Below, piece after piece: positions 15,194 through 28,250 of a stretch of 63,640 nt of DNA. The notes under the pieces are model-generated. The model was not told the DNA's origin, ran no database searches, and was given only the letters and a program-made list of their open reading frames with translations. Numbering within the stretch: the first letter of the stretch is position 1; every line of letters starts with the position of its first letter. The position numbers and the translations under genes are program-made. The DNA is from Macrostomum lignano (taxonomy: Eukaryota), in assembly GCA_002269645.1 (NCBI GenBank), contig NIVC01004033.1, forward strand, positions 1-63,640. The letters run 5' to 3'.

Positions 15194-16744
15194 GGCTCTT
15201 TGTTATATATATATTAGGACGCAGAGGGGAGGCCCCTTGCGCGCATGCGCTCGCAGAACAGGCGGGAGGGGCAGGCAGCAGCAGCCTGAGGGTTCAGCTC
15301 AAGCGCCTGCAAATCAGCGATGAGGCAGTCCGTTAGAGTGGCAGTGCGGGCCTGGCCGCGGCGCAATTGCTCTCTTTGTTGCGCATCTTCTAAAACGAGA
15401 ATCAAGTCGTTTTATCTCTGGACCGTCGAGATATTCGACGATTCTGCCAGAAAGTCGGATTTTTCCCATAAACGCTACTGTATTCATGCAATATACCCAT
15501 GTGCGCCAATCAGCACTCCGCCTCGGTGCAGCCTTGCCAAGCCTCCAAATTTCATCAGCACGTCGATCACATGTGCTTGTATCAGCTCTGACTTCTTTGG
15601 TCATTGGCCTTCACCCAAGGCGGAGCTTCTGGACCTTCAGCAAGCGACACCAGATTATTGTATACTGTATGGCCACCCTAGCTGTTTCGAATTTCTCTAG
15701 TTTCGCTGATCAAACCTCGACAGTGGGCAAACCTCAGCTGCTGGACAGCCTCAGCTTCTCTCTCTCTCTCTGTATGTAGCATTTCCGTCATCACCCCGAC
15801 GCCATCGGCACCTTCAACAGATGGCATCGAATCCCCCCTTGGTATTACAGTTCTACTTATAGATGGCTATTTGTCGGTCAGTATAGGATGGTAAGGTCAC
15901 TGATCGCGCCTCCTTTTGATTTCAGTAAGCCTTTTAGCTTAAATTGCTCTACTGTTCAAACGAAAGTTCCGACCTCAAGTTTGTCGGACGGCAAGTTGTT
16001 AGGCACCAGTTAAAATTTTTTTTCCTGCGCCTATATTTATATAAAAACTGCATCAGTCAGCGTTATTTTTAACCTATAGCAATAGTAGCAACAGAGTTCG
16101 AGAGCTACACAATAGCAAAAAAATCAGAGATTCATATTTGGCGAGAAAATTTTGGGCGTATATCCCATGTTTCGGCTAAATCGGCCCGGCACTCGTACGT
16201 AATTTTGCAGCTCCACCAGTGTTAATATAATACACCATATTATTTAATACTAATAAGTGATAACAGGCATAAGTATAGTAGCAAGGACTACTCAAGTAGA
16301 CTTTAACGTAGTCCTCGTTCCTTTTAGTAGGTGTAAGGTGTATCTCCCCGTGTTTGGTAGTCAATAAAGTTTAGTAAAACAAATTTCTTAAATTCAGCAG
16401 AATACTTGAAAAGGTCAGGCAAAAAAACAAATATTAATTTTTTTATACTTTTAATAATAAAGTAATTTTTTTAATTAGAGAGCAATGGCGCTAAAACTAG
16501 CACATTTTTAAACACGTCAATATCTAATAAAATTCGGCCGCGCGGCGATATTCGATATTTGCATGATCTGTTAACTGAAGAATTTTACACATTCGCTAGG
16601 CCTAACGAAGTGGGATGCAATAATAAAGATTCCATCTATAGGATAGATATAAATACATTGTCTTTTTTTGTGAGAAAACAAGGGTTTGACTTTGACAAGC
16701 GAACAATTAGATCTTCTTCACTAGCTTAACAAAACAAACAAAGT

Positions 16745-17585
16745 ATGGAAGAAAATGATGGGAACAATGGTAAATCAGATGATAGTGATATTGTGATTAA
16801 TAGGTATCCTGCTGGACCAAAACAGTCTCAAGTACGTCCACCACCTGTGCGGGGTCAAGTTAGGTATGAATACTTTTTACTTCTTACTTTTAATGTTGTA
16901 CTATTCAAATTTTATTTCCTATTTATATTAGACTTTAGTGAGGGTCGTGTGACTTGCCAATATGTATATGACAGGTAAATTTTAGTAAAAAGAAGTTTTT
17001 TGCAAATTAAAAACTTTACAATACAGTTACATTACATAGAATGAAAAATATAAACTAGAAATTAAAAAATTCTTTGCCATAGAGAAAAAACTTCTTTAAA
17101 AATATTTATCTGGTGTTTATTGCAATAACAGCAACTTTATCATTTGTAAAAATAAAAATGCCTTTTTTTAATTTTAACACTCACAAGTAAGTACTTTTCT
17201 ATTTTTAAAGTGAAAAAATAACTTCTAGTTCTAGCATTAAAACTTTATTTTAAAATACAAGCCACAAGGCCAATAATAAACAAAAAATAAGAAAGCAGTA
17301 AGAAATTCAATATGTTTTGTTTTGTAATTAAGCTACAAAATTAAATTATCTAGCAAAACTTAAAAACAAAACATATTACAAAATTATATATAAACTACAA
17401 ATATAATAATTAACCAAGTTGTATATTAACTAAGCACTATTTGGCCAGCAATGTCAGGGTAGGAGACAAATGACCTCAAATGATTGTAAATGTTAGGGAT
17501 AAAAGCAAAGTATAAAGGCAATAAAAAATCCCCCTCCAAGGGGGGACATGTCCCCAGTGTCCTCCCCCCTTTGGCTATACCCTTG
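16745..17585 (+). mobile_element. AT-rich hAT-like remnant
   Basis: Short ORF with RYPAGPKQSQVRPP..GQVR resembling hAT/ZMYM N-termini, and a terminal ggctatacccttg resembling CAGGG..TAGCC-type TIRs. The other end was not found. Confidence 0.35.
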
Positions 17586-17964
17586 GGCCCTGGCCAACAA
17601 CTGTATACTCATAGTCTAGATCATGCTAGGTATATGCCTGAACAAAAAATGAATAGTTACAAATGTATATCCAACAAGTGCATATCTATACTTTCAAATC
17701 TAGACTAATATCACTCTCCTGAAGGTGCTATTTAATCTATAAATTTGTGGTGTACATAAGGTAAAGGTTTTTAGCCCTTGGATTACTATATGCAATGATA
17801 GGGTTGATACTTTGCCTGCATTGGCATGTGCAAAAAATTTTTGGCATATAGCTATGCAAAATGGATTTTGAAATAAAACATAGGTTTGGATTTGGCTAGA
17901 CTATTGAAATTTGTAATTAGTAATGTTTTAATTTAAATAATTTTTTATAGCTTTAGTTATAACA

Positions 17965-19075
17965 CTAGCAATCTACGCCCCCCGTTGGGGAGCCAAAGAA
18001 ATGCAATACACGTTTTTTTAATAAGCTACATGTATCCTTGAAATCTTAAAAAATCTCCTGTCAAACCTTGTAAGCCTGGACATGTCAGTAATTCCCCCCC
18101 CCCCACAAGCTTTAACATATCAACTTTCCCCTTGACATCTCAGCAATGCCCCCAATAAGCCTTGGAAATCTAAAAATATCTGTCAACCTTCTAACCCTAA
18201 CCCTAGCCTAACCCTAACCCTAACCCTAACCTAACCCTAAAACATTGAAATTTCAGTAATTCTGAGTCATTATAGCACTACTACAGCATTATAGCGATTC
18301 CCTGCAAGCCTCGACATCGTAGGGATTCCCAAATGAATCTTCTTAACTTCGACATGAAGCTTCTTTTATTTTTTACATTACGCTTTTTCTATCAGCGATC
18401 CCTCCCCTGAGGAGGCATCAAATAATGTAATAAAAAGTTTTCAATAAACTACATGTAGCTTCTGACTTTAGCCTTGAAATCTCATTTATACCCCGTGAGC
18501 CTTGACATCTCAGCTATTCCCCCCGTAAGCCTTAACATGTCAGCGATGGCCCCCATAAACCTTGAAATCTAAAAAATCCCCTGTTATTCTGTTAACCTTG
18601 AAACCCGATAAAATATAACCCTCAACCCACACCTGACCTAAACGTAACTTTAACCCAACCTAAAGCCTTGAAATCTCAGCAATTCTTCTCCCCTAAGCCT
18701 TGACATTTTAGTGATTCCTTCTTTAAGAATCACAGCACTATAACAATTTCCACCAAGCTTTGACATTGTAGCAATTCCCAAATGAATATTTTAACTTCGA
18801 CATGACTTTTCTTTTATGTATACGTAGTGCTACTTTTATTTTTTACATGACTCTTCTTCTATCAGCACCCCCCGTGGCAAGCCAACAAAGAATGCAATAA
18901 AAAAATTGAGTAAAGTACATGAACTTTGAAGTAGCTTCTGACTTTTGCTTTGACATCTCAGAAACCCCCCCCGTAATCTCAGTTATTCTCTGAGAGCCTT
19001 GACGTCTCAGTAATTCTCCCCAGAACAGCACTGTACTATAGCTTCATTCAATTTTTACATGACACCTTTAATGTC
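17965..19075 (-). mobile_element. Helitron-like non-autonomous element, 3' portion (hairpin + CTAG at 17965), with a diverged ~450-bp internal duplication
   Basis: Minus strand reads CCCC-AAC-GGGG..tagattgCTAG|T. A near-identical terminus occurs at 58115. 18290-18360 is similar to 18740-18810. Confidence 0.55.
18191..18240. repeat. Interstitial telomere-like (TAACCC)n
   Basis: About 8 imperfect ctaacc/taaccc units. Confidence 0.85.
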
Positions 19076-19076
19076 T

Positions 19077-21404
19077 GACATGACACTTCTTATGATTTTT
19101 TAAATGACGCTTCTATGATTTTTATATGATGCTTCTACGATTTTTTACATGACGCTTCTATGACTTTTTTACATGACGCTTCTATGATTTTTTAAATGAC
19201 GCTTCTATGATTTTTATATGACGCTTCTACGATTTTTACATGACGCTTCTATGATTTTTTACATGACGCTTCTATGATTTTTTACATGACGCTTCTACGA
19301 TTCTTTACATGACGCTTCTACGATTCTTTACATGACGCTTCTATGATTGTTTACATGACGCTTCTATGATTGTTTACATGACGCTTCTATGATTGTTTAC
19401 ATGACGCTTCTATGATTGTTTACATGACGCTTCTACGATTTTTTACATGACGCTTCTATGATTGTTTACATGACGCTTCTATGACTTTTTACATGACGCT
19501 TCTATGATTTTTTACATGACGGTTCTATGATTGTTTACATGACGCTTCTATGATTTTTTAAATGACGCTTCTACGATTCTTTGCATGACGCTTTTATGAT
19601 TTTTTACATGACGCTTCTATGATTTTTTAAATGACGCTTCTATGATTTTTAAATGACGCTTCTACGATTTTTTACATGACGCTTCTATGACTTTTTTACA
19701 TGACGCTTCTATGATTTTTTACATGACGCTTCTATGATTGTTTACATGACGCTTCTACGATTTTTTACATGACGCTTCTATGATTTTTTACATGACGCTT
19801 CTATGATTGTTTACATGACGCTTCTATGATTTTTTAAATGACGCTTCTACGATTCTTTACATGACGCTTCTATGATTTTTTACATGACGCTTCTATGATT
19901 TTTTAAATGACGCTTCTATGATTTTTATATGACGCTTCTACGATTTTTTACATGACGCTTCTATGACTTTTTTACATGACGCTTCTATGATTTTTTACAT
20001 GACGCTTCTATGATTGTTTACATGACGCTTCTACGATTTTTTACATGACGCTTCTTTGATTGTTTACATGACGCTTCTATGACTTTTTACATGACGCTTC
20101 TATGATTTTTTACATGACGGTTCTATGATTGTTTACATGACGCTTCTATGATTTTTATATGACGCTTCTACGATTCTTTACATGACGCTTCTATGATTTT
20201 TTACATGACGCTTCTATGATTTTTTAAATGACGCTTCTATGATTTTTATATGACGCTTCTACGATTTTTTACATGACGCTTCTATGATTTTTTACATGAC
20301 GCTTCTATGATTTTTTACATGACGCTTCTACGATTGTTTACATGACGCTTCTATGACTTTTTTACATGACGCTTCTATGATTTTTTACATGACGCTTCTA
20401 TGATTTTTATATGACGCTTCTACGATTCTTTACATGACGCTTCTATGATTTTTTACATGACGCTTTTATGATTTTTTAAATGACGCTTCTAAGATTTTTA
20501 TATGACGCTTCTATGATTTTTTACATGACGCTTCTATGATTTTTTACATGACGCTTCTTTGGATTTTTACATGACGCTTCTATGATTGTTTACATGACGC
20601 TTCTATGATTGTTTACATGACGCTTCTATGGTTTTTTAAATGACGCTTCTATGATTTTTATATGACGCTTCTACGATTGTTTACATGACGCTTCTATGAC
20701 TTTTTTACATGACGCTTCTATGATTTTTTACATGACGCTTCTATGATTGTTTACATGACGCTTCTATGATTTTTACATGACGCTTCTACGATTTTTTACA
20801 TGACGCTTCTATGATTTTTTACATGACGCTTCTATGATTTTTTACATGACGCTTCTACGATTCTTTACATGACGCTTCTACGATTCTTTACATGACGCTT
20901 CTATGATTGTTTACATGACGCTTCTATGATTGTTTACATGACGCTTCTATGATTGTTTACATGACGCTTCTACGATTTTTTACATGACGCTTCTATGATT
21001 GTTTACATGACGCTTCTATGATTTTTATATGACGCTTCTACGATTTTTTACATGACGCTTCTATGATTTTTTACATGACGCTTCTATGATTTTTACATGA
21101 CGCTTCTATGATTTTTATATGACGCTTCTACGATTTTTTACATGACGCTTCTATGATTTTTTACATGACGCTTCTATGATCGTTTACATGACGCTTCTAT
21201 GATTTTTTACATGATGCTTCTATGATTTTTATATGACGCTTCTACGATTTTTTACATGACGCTTCTATGATTTTTTAGATGACGCTTCTATGATTGTTTA
21301 CATGACGCTTCTATGATTTTTTACATGACGCTTCTATGATTTTTACATGACGCTTCTATGATTTTTTATATGACGCTTCTATGATTTTTTTACATGACGC
21401 TTCT
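19077..21404. repeat. 23-bp satellite (acatgacgcttctatgatttttt), ~100 copies
   Basis: Continuous tandem array with variant monomers. Confidence 0.98.
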
Positions 21405-21470
21405 TTTTAAAAAGTCTTTTAGTTTTCCTGACGTTGAAAAGCTTTAATAAAAAAAATTATACTCTATGAA

Positions 21471-21524
21471 AATTCGAACCATCGTCGCTGCATTTAGCAG
21501 TTCAGTTTGTTCACCTCTAGGCTA
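21471..21524 (-). other. tRNA-like Pol III A/B box pair (SINE head or tRNA pseudogene)
   Basis: Minus strand TAGCCTAGAGG ... 33 nt ... GGTTCGAATT; no clean cloverleaf. Confidence 0.4.
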
Positions 21525-22621
21525 GCTCTCATCAAATTTTGCACTTATATAATTCAACACTTTAAAATCCAAGCATAGAGTAAATCACACAAAGCAGTTA
21601 TGACATAATCAGTTTCTCAGTCAGTCAGTATCAGTTAACAATATGGTTACGCAATTTAAATCAAGTCTGGTGCTACGCTTCCACACTGCATTTTCAATTC
21701 AAGTTGGAGTTACAATTCAGTTATGATGCAATCTATTTCAGAATCAGAATCAACCAGTCAGTTTTTTCTCTAGCATTCTTACAATGCATTTCAAGTCGAA
21801 AAGTTTGCTTGAACTTTGCAAAAAAGCATGTTTTTCGAATATTTAATGCCTTTAGCATCGAGCAATTTCTTAGCCACGATGCATGTACCGTCACAGGAAA
21901 ATTTCTGATATAATATACATTTTTTGTAACTTTGCAGCAAAATAAAAGACAAAAAAATAATCTAATCTGTTGAAAAGAATTTATTCAATTTGTTTAAAAA
22001 GGCTTTGTTGCTTTTACTAAAGCAAATCTCTTAAAAAATACTAGCATATTTTTGCTTTCAAGTTATTTTGCTAGTCTTGCATGTACCGTGCAATGCAGAT
22101 GAGGCCCTTAGGGTACAATGTGCAGTGTATATAAGATTTCCAAATAATCTTGGTGTGCAGTATATAGGATCAAGTTTTGTGTCATGCATGGAATATCTTT
22201 GGGACTATGGGACTAATATTGCAAAAATGAATCATATTGTATAAAAGACTCTTTTTGGCATATAATTTGGTTGATTGTTTATCTTTCTTGTCTATACTAT
22301 TTATAGCAAAAATCAATATGCTTAAATATTTGTTTAAATGCTTTATTACAAGCTTAAAATCTAAAAAGCTTAAAATTTATGCCTAAAAGTGAACTTTCTA
22401 ATCTTTTTTCCGTTTAACGCTAACTTTCCCATGTGATTTTATGAATTGCATACTAGAATACCAAAGTTATTCCAAAGAATACCAAAGTATATTATAAGAT
22501 ATATATCTGCCATACAACCACACTCTAGAACACTTAAAAATTTGGGTATACATTAGCCTAGAATACCAAAGTTAGGCAAGCACAGTTGGTGTGCATGATT
22601 CCTAAAAAATATATATACAAC

Positions 22622-22722
22622 CTATAATTTGGTTGTATATACAATAATATATAATTTGGTTGTATATACAATAATATATAATTTGGTTGTATATACAATA
22701 ATATATAATTTGGTTGTATATA
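22622..22722. repeat. 27-bp tandem repeat x~4 inside the hAT
   Basis: tataatttggttgtatatacaataata units. Confidence 0.9.
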
Positions 22723-24838
22723 CATTTTCGACCATGACCTTGTTAAGCACTTGTTGCTTTTTTCATTGCCAAGCACGTTGCTCAGTAATTGGATGGTGTT
22801 GTATGTAGAATTCCAGCGGATAGTGTTTGGCACAACTAGTTTCCAACCAATGGCTTTGTAAATATTATCAAATACATTGCTATTGCAACCCTGAGCTTTC
22901 CACAATGCCTGAGCTTTGTCCATTGTCTTGTGCAACTGGGTTTTCAATATAGAGTCTGAATTGATTGCTGCAATACTGTTTGTAGCAGCTACTAAGTTCA
23001 GTGTGTAAGTAGCGCATTGCATGTGAGCTGGTAAGTGGTTGTAGGTATTCAGGGGAAGCAGTCCCCAGTTCCTCATCAACAGACTATTACCAATGGCAGG
23101 TACTCCTTAGTTTCACTGTTGTCATCACTAGTTTTTGACTCTCCAATAGAATCTAGTTTGTCACCATCTGCAGTCCCTCTGCCAGTCTTAGGCTCAGCAT
23201 CTTCTGAATAATATTGACTTAATTGAATATTGACTTAATTGTTGTTTCAAATTTCTTTTATGTTGATGAATGATGAATTGATGATGTACCAATTTAATTT
23301 TGCTTTGTAATTATAAGTTTAACTTAGTAGCATATAGCTTAGAGTATCAGCAGCAGCCTACAAGCACTAAGAAAGAACTTAAGAAGTGGGCAAGTGGCAA
23401 ACCTTCACAAATTAGAGCCATTGTCCATAGTTGTTTGAACTATTTTTGTCTCAATCCCAAACTTCGTATGCACAGCCAGCAGTGCTTATGCAAGGGCAAT
23501 ACCGGTATGACTGCCAAATAGGCATACAAAAGCAATTACTGCAAATTGGCGGGTTCTATGCTTATTTAACCAGTGGACTATCACACTGAGATAGGAGCGC
23601 TGAGTGCTAGATGTCCAGTAGTCTACAGTCATTGCTACATGCTTTGCTTGGCCTAAGAGCCTATTTGAAATTTAAATTTGAAATTTAATTAGAATTCAAA
23701 CAGGTCTAAAAATTGAGGTTCATACAAGTTTAAGTAGTTAAGGCTAGGCTAGAATACTTAACTGATAAGATGCTGTTCCATTAAAGCATGTTTCTAACTT
23801 AGACAACAACCTAATATGCCGCGTGATGGCAGGGTCCTTTGTGGGTTGAGTCCACTCACATAGTAAGCAAAATCCTCTGACTCCACAATCTGCAAAGGTA
23901 GTATGCAGCTCACTATGCAGCTCAGTAAGCGACTGTTGGCCTCTTTTTGTGAAACATCTAGATTAGAGCAACTGAAACACTAGGACAAGCTGAGCTGTTA
24001 AGCCTGTTGCACTTTTTGGCGAGGGCTTGGACTTGGACCAGTAGCTCTTAGAGAAGGACTGGCCCTTGGTGCCAATGCCAATGATGGCAAAGGTGAAACT
24101 GCTGATACTAATGCACTTGCACTAGCAGATGATGATGATGATTGCAACATAGAAATCTGGTTGGAACTTGGTATTTTCATAGCAAGATGTAGTCTTGGAA
24201 GCAGATTGAGACTCAGACTCAGTAGCTGGTAGACCACTAGTGCAGGTTGGATCAGGACCAGAAGAAGCTGATCACATATTAAGAAAAGAAAAGGATAGCT
24301 CAATGATTAATAATGAATTAAATAAATTACTTACGTAAGTGATAAGTCAATGCTAAGAAATTAAGAATATTACAAATATATTTCTGTTTAGTCTTTACTT
24401 TATATACTAGATTTCTAGTTTGTGTATAGTTCTGGTCTAAATATTAAGTTTATTTGTATATGTTTAAGTATGTATTATAATTTTTTTACTTCTCATCTCA
24501 ATATTTATTTTATTTACTTTTTGTTATTATTTACAGGCAAATTGGTAATCTAGAAATTAGAATATATATTTATTTTTTATGAGTCATGACTCATAATTAA
24601 AAATTCATTGCTTATTAAATATAATATATGACATTAGTTTATTCTTAATCTTAATTAATAATTAGTATAATTTATAAGTAAACTAGTAGTAACTAATAAG
24701 CCTTAGTCTTTGACTCCTTAGAAAATTAGTTATAGTAGAGACGTAGGTTGTAGAGTAAGAGTATGTATAGAGCAAGAAATTCTAGAATCAACCTATTACC
24801 TAACCTACAGCTACAAAAACAAGGCAAGCTATTTGACT

Positions 24839-25248
24839 TCTTCTTCATATTTGGGTCACGGACATTATAGCTGTAGCTAATAGGACTGGGTGCCTAGCAC
24901 CATACAGCTGGGTCGCTAACTCACGTGGGCGGACAGTAGACAACGGAATCCAATTTGCGGCCTGCGGCGGGTGGCCAGAGAGTGTGGGGACCCAAATCCC
25001 GGTGCGCAGGGCTCCTCCACAGACCGACTTACACTGTTAAAACCGCCATCCACCACCAACCCAGCAGTGGGGGACAACTCTCCCAGGCAGCATACCCAGG
25101 GGTGAGACCAATTCGTCACCCCAGGGACATACAGGGACGCACAAAGCTCCTGCCACATTGGCGAGGTGTCCAGGGGCGCAACGTGGACGCTGGTCTTGTG
25201 CCACCCGCTGTTTGACTTGTTGACATTGCTGCAGCTGCAGCCCCTTTC
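24839..25248 (-). mobile_element. ~410-bp non-autonomous retroelement (ribozyme head, GAA tail) inserted in the hAT
   Basis: GC-rich island in AT-rich DNA; ends ..gacccaaatatGAAGAAGA; flanked by the direct repeat tttgact (24832-24838, 25249-25255); no credible ORF. Confidence 0.75.
25105..25245 (-). ncRNA. HDV-like ribozyme
   Basis: Minus strand: P1 AGGGGC (25245-40) / GCCCCT (25177-72); P2 AGACCA (25196-91) / TGGTCT (25110-05); P3 GCG/TGC; L3 TCCACGT; P1.1 GG; P4 CACCTC/GGGGTG with inner stems; J4/2 A-CGAA-T (catalytic C at 25115). Confidence 0.88.
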
Positions 25249-26299
25249 TTTGACTGCTTAGAGTTTGAGGAAGAACTAGAATAGACATTCTTATTCTTCA
25301 CTTCCCATTTTTGAAAAACAAAATACTTTTTAATATGAGGAGAAAGATTAGGGTTTTGATTCTGCAATTCTTGTGCTTCATCATTGTCATCAGTGACTTC
25401 AATTATGTGAGTGTCAGCAATAGCATCAGCATTGGTATTCAAATTCTTGGACTTAGTAGAATCTGACTCTGTTTCTGACATGATGACAATTGACAATGAG
25501 TTGATGACAATGTCACAAATCAGTGAATCACAATTTATTCACGTATCAAATCAAATCAAATCAGATCACAATGATGATCAGCTGGCTGAGTGGCCTGTAT
25601 GGCTGTATGCTGTATTATTTTATATTATTAGTTATTAACTTATTACTTATTATTATTATTAATAATTATTTAATTACAAAATAGCCTAAAGAAAGGAAAG
25701 CAAAACTGCAAAAGCCTACATAGTAATTCAGTAAATTCCTGTAAATTCTAAATACTATTATGTTACGTACATTAAAAAAGATTGTAAAAGTTAAAATCAG
25801 TAAAACAAAATTGTTTAGAAGACTGAGAACCCTAAAAAACAATGTAAAAGAAAATTTGTTGTCTAAAATTTAGCAAATTTCAATTTTAGCAAATTTGAGC
25901 TAAATGTAATGGCACTTTTGTAGCATATGCTAAGTTATTCAATTTAGCAATATTAGCGAATTTCAAAAATCATAGCAGTGCTATATTCAAATTTAGCACC
26001 CGTTATGCCCATCACTGTTAAGAGCATGTAATATATATCCAAAAATTTAGGCACACATTGGCTTTGCAGTTTATATGGTAAATAGAAAAAATTAATAATA
26101 AGTTTATATATCGTAATTTCTTGACAAATATTTAAATAGACAATTCAAATAAACAAGTCCTCTTTTTAACAAGGATGCTCAATGCAGGCTTTATTTTAGC
26201 CATCTTTTTACACATTTGTAAGCTTTATTTTGATAGAAAAAATATTTTATTTAATTATAGGAAAATGTAAAAGACTACAGTTTAGGAACACAAAAGTTT

Positions 26300-28250
26300 A
26301 TAGTATTACAACTCTGCTTTAAGTTTGAAGGGAATTTTCTAATTTTTTATAAAGATCTTTTTGAATAGAGAATAATTTCTATACCTCTATGCCTATTTTG
26401 GCAACAATTATATGTTTCACACATATAGTATAGTGCTTCCTCTAAGGAGATTTTTTGTTTAAAACATTATTGTATATTTCCTATTCAACTCTAAGTCAAA
26501 AAAAGACTCCTGCTTTTGCTAAAAATATTTGCTTGTTGTTAGTTAAATTTCAAGGGAAAGCTTTTGCATGTCCTTGCTTTTAATTGACATTACAAGTGCT
26601 CCTAATCAACATTTAATTTAGAAAAAATTGCACTTGAAATGTGTCTACAATGAATTTTTAAAGGCCTTAGTAATAGTTCATGGATTTTTTGTTGCAATAT
26701 AGTGCTGAATAGTTTTGTCTTTGAGTCCTAAATACCAATTACAATTTTTATGCATTTCTCAACTATAAACTAAGGCCTTTAGCAATTAAAATGACTGAGA
26801 AGTTTTGTTGATACTTAAAAGTATCAAAGCAAAGCAAAAGCAAAGTCAAAGCAAACTATCAAGGTGTAACATGAGCCAAAGTTATTAAACAAAACAATGG
26901 CAATAAAGTAAGAAAAAAATACAGTGTGCTAGTTCTCCTAATTTTTTTCAATTGTCTTAGCTATTGATCTATAGATAGCACTCTGCATATGCTAGAATTA
27001 ATAGATAAAGGCCAGCAAGACTTATGATACCAAAATAGACACAAGGGGCATTCAATCTACATTGAAGAAATATTAAAAGTTGGACCTTTTTTGAGCAATA
27101 ACATTAAGAATATAGTCAAATTTGTTAACCTTATCCAATCTATTTCTGTATCCCTCCTAGGTGGATCCTCAAATCAACATTGACCTTGAATAAAAGTTGC
27201 ACATCACCAGTATGAGACTTTTTACCTAACAAGAAATTTTGAAAGGCATAGTGCAGATTATTGGACAAAGAAAAGTAGATATAGTTGCCATTTCACATTG
27301 CTTTGACTTGTGGATAAGAGTTAGAAATGTATCATTGAAATGCAAAATATGTTGTTGGGATTTCTATACCAAACCTAGCAAGAAGTTGAAGAAGGAAGAT
27401 AATTGCAGAGCAGGGAAGGGTTGAAGAGAAGAAAAAAGTGTGCATAACTCTGGAAATATGCTACCATTTCTTGGTTGTACACTACTAGCAGCACAACCAT
27501 TAGAAAAAGTAGGCTTGGCTAATTGTTCTTCAATATTAACAATAGTCTTGTCTGCAACACCCACAGCATCCTCATCCACAATACTTGTGGCATCCTCATC
27601 CACAATACCTGTGGCATCTTTGTCCAAAAAACGGCTGCTTCCAAATTGCTTAAATCATAGTCCTCCTTAGGCAGAAAGAGCTTACCAAGAAAAGACGCCA
27701 CACTGCAAAACTGATGTGCATGGCAAAGATGGCAAAGGACATTCCAGCTTGAGATCTAGAGCAGGTGTTGACTGGCATTCTAGGTGTGACAGTTTAAAAG
27801 CCCAGCTCATGCAAACTTTAGGATTGCCATTAGTTTCAGCGCCATCAGTGATGAAATGATCTAAAGGCTTGTGTCAAAAATGCTTTTTTGGATCAGAAAG
27901 TCTTTCGACATATTCAATTTCATGCAGCATTGATTCAATTGGCCACTTTTTATATGTCTTATGCTGTGCTAAATGATCCCAATAAGTCTAACGATTGATA
28001 GTCATCTTCACACTAAAAAATGGTTGCATACTGTTTGACTCCATCAGAAGTAGCCATTACAATTGTCTTCCAAGATGGATTCTCCTTTTGGTATTTGTAT
28101 TTTGTTTCATTCCAATCAATGCATGTCTTTTGATACAATTTTAAATGTCTTGTCACTTATGAAGAACACTAGTAGGACTTTGCATTGTTCAAATTGAATG
28201 AACATCTAAAATAAGAAATAATGCATGAATTAGACTTTAGACAACATGTT
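26300..28250 (-). mobile_element. Second, heavily decayed AT-rich hAT-like remnant
   Basis: Fragment EEQLAKPTFSNGCAASSVQ resembles the CxxH region after an acidic loop; the rest is stop-riddled. Confidence 0.35.

Larger units (their letters stand above)
21595..26017 (-). mobile_element. Decayed hAT (BED-type) DNA transposon
   Basis: Transposase pieces on minus: PHIKKYFVF, LPLQIVESEDF..LNP..LPSR, HWLN..GSHTG..KIVQTTMDNGSN, CATYTLNLVA, KLVVPNTIRWNSTY. Right TIR CAGTGATGGGCATAACG at 26017 with tttagcaaattt subterminal repeats; imperfect left TIR cagttatgacataat at 21595; no TSD. Confidence 0.85.

Noticed and set aside
15214-15780. Coding-looking minus-strand stretch (..NDLILVLEDAQQREQLRR..)
   Set aside because: Multiple stops and no family recognised; cannot be assigned.
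19077-21404. CRISPR-like regular array
   Set aside because: Eukaryotic context, contiguous monomers with no unique spacers and no cas genes; it is a satellite.
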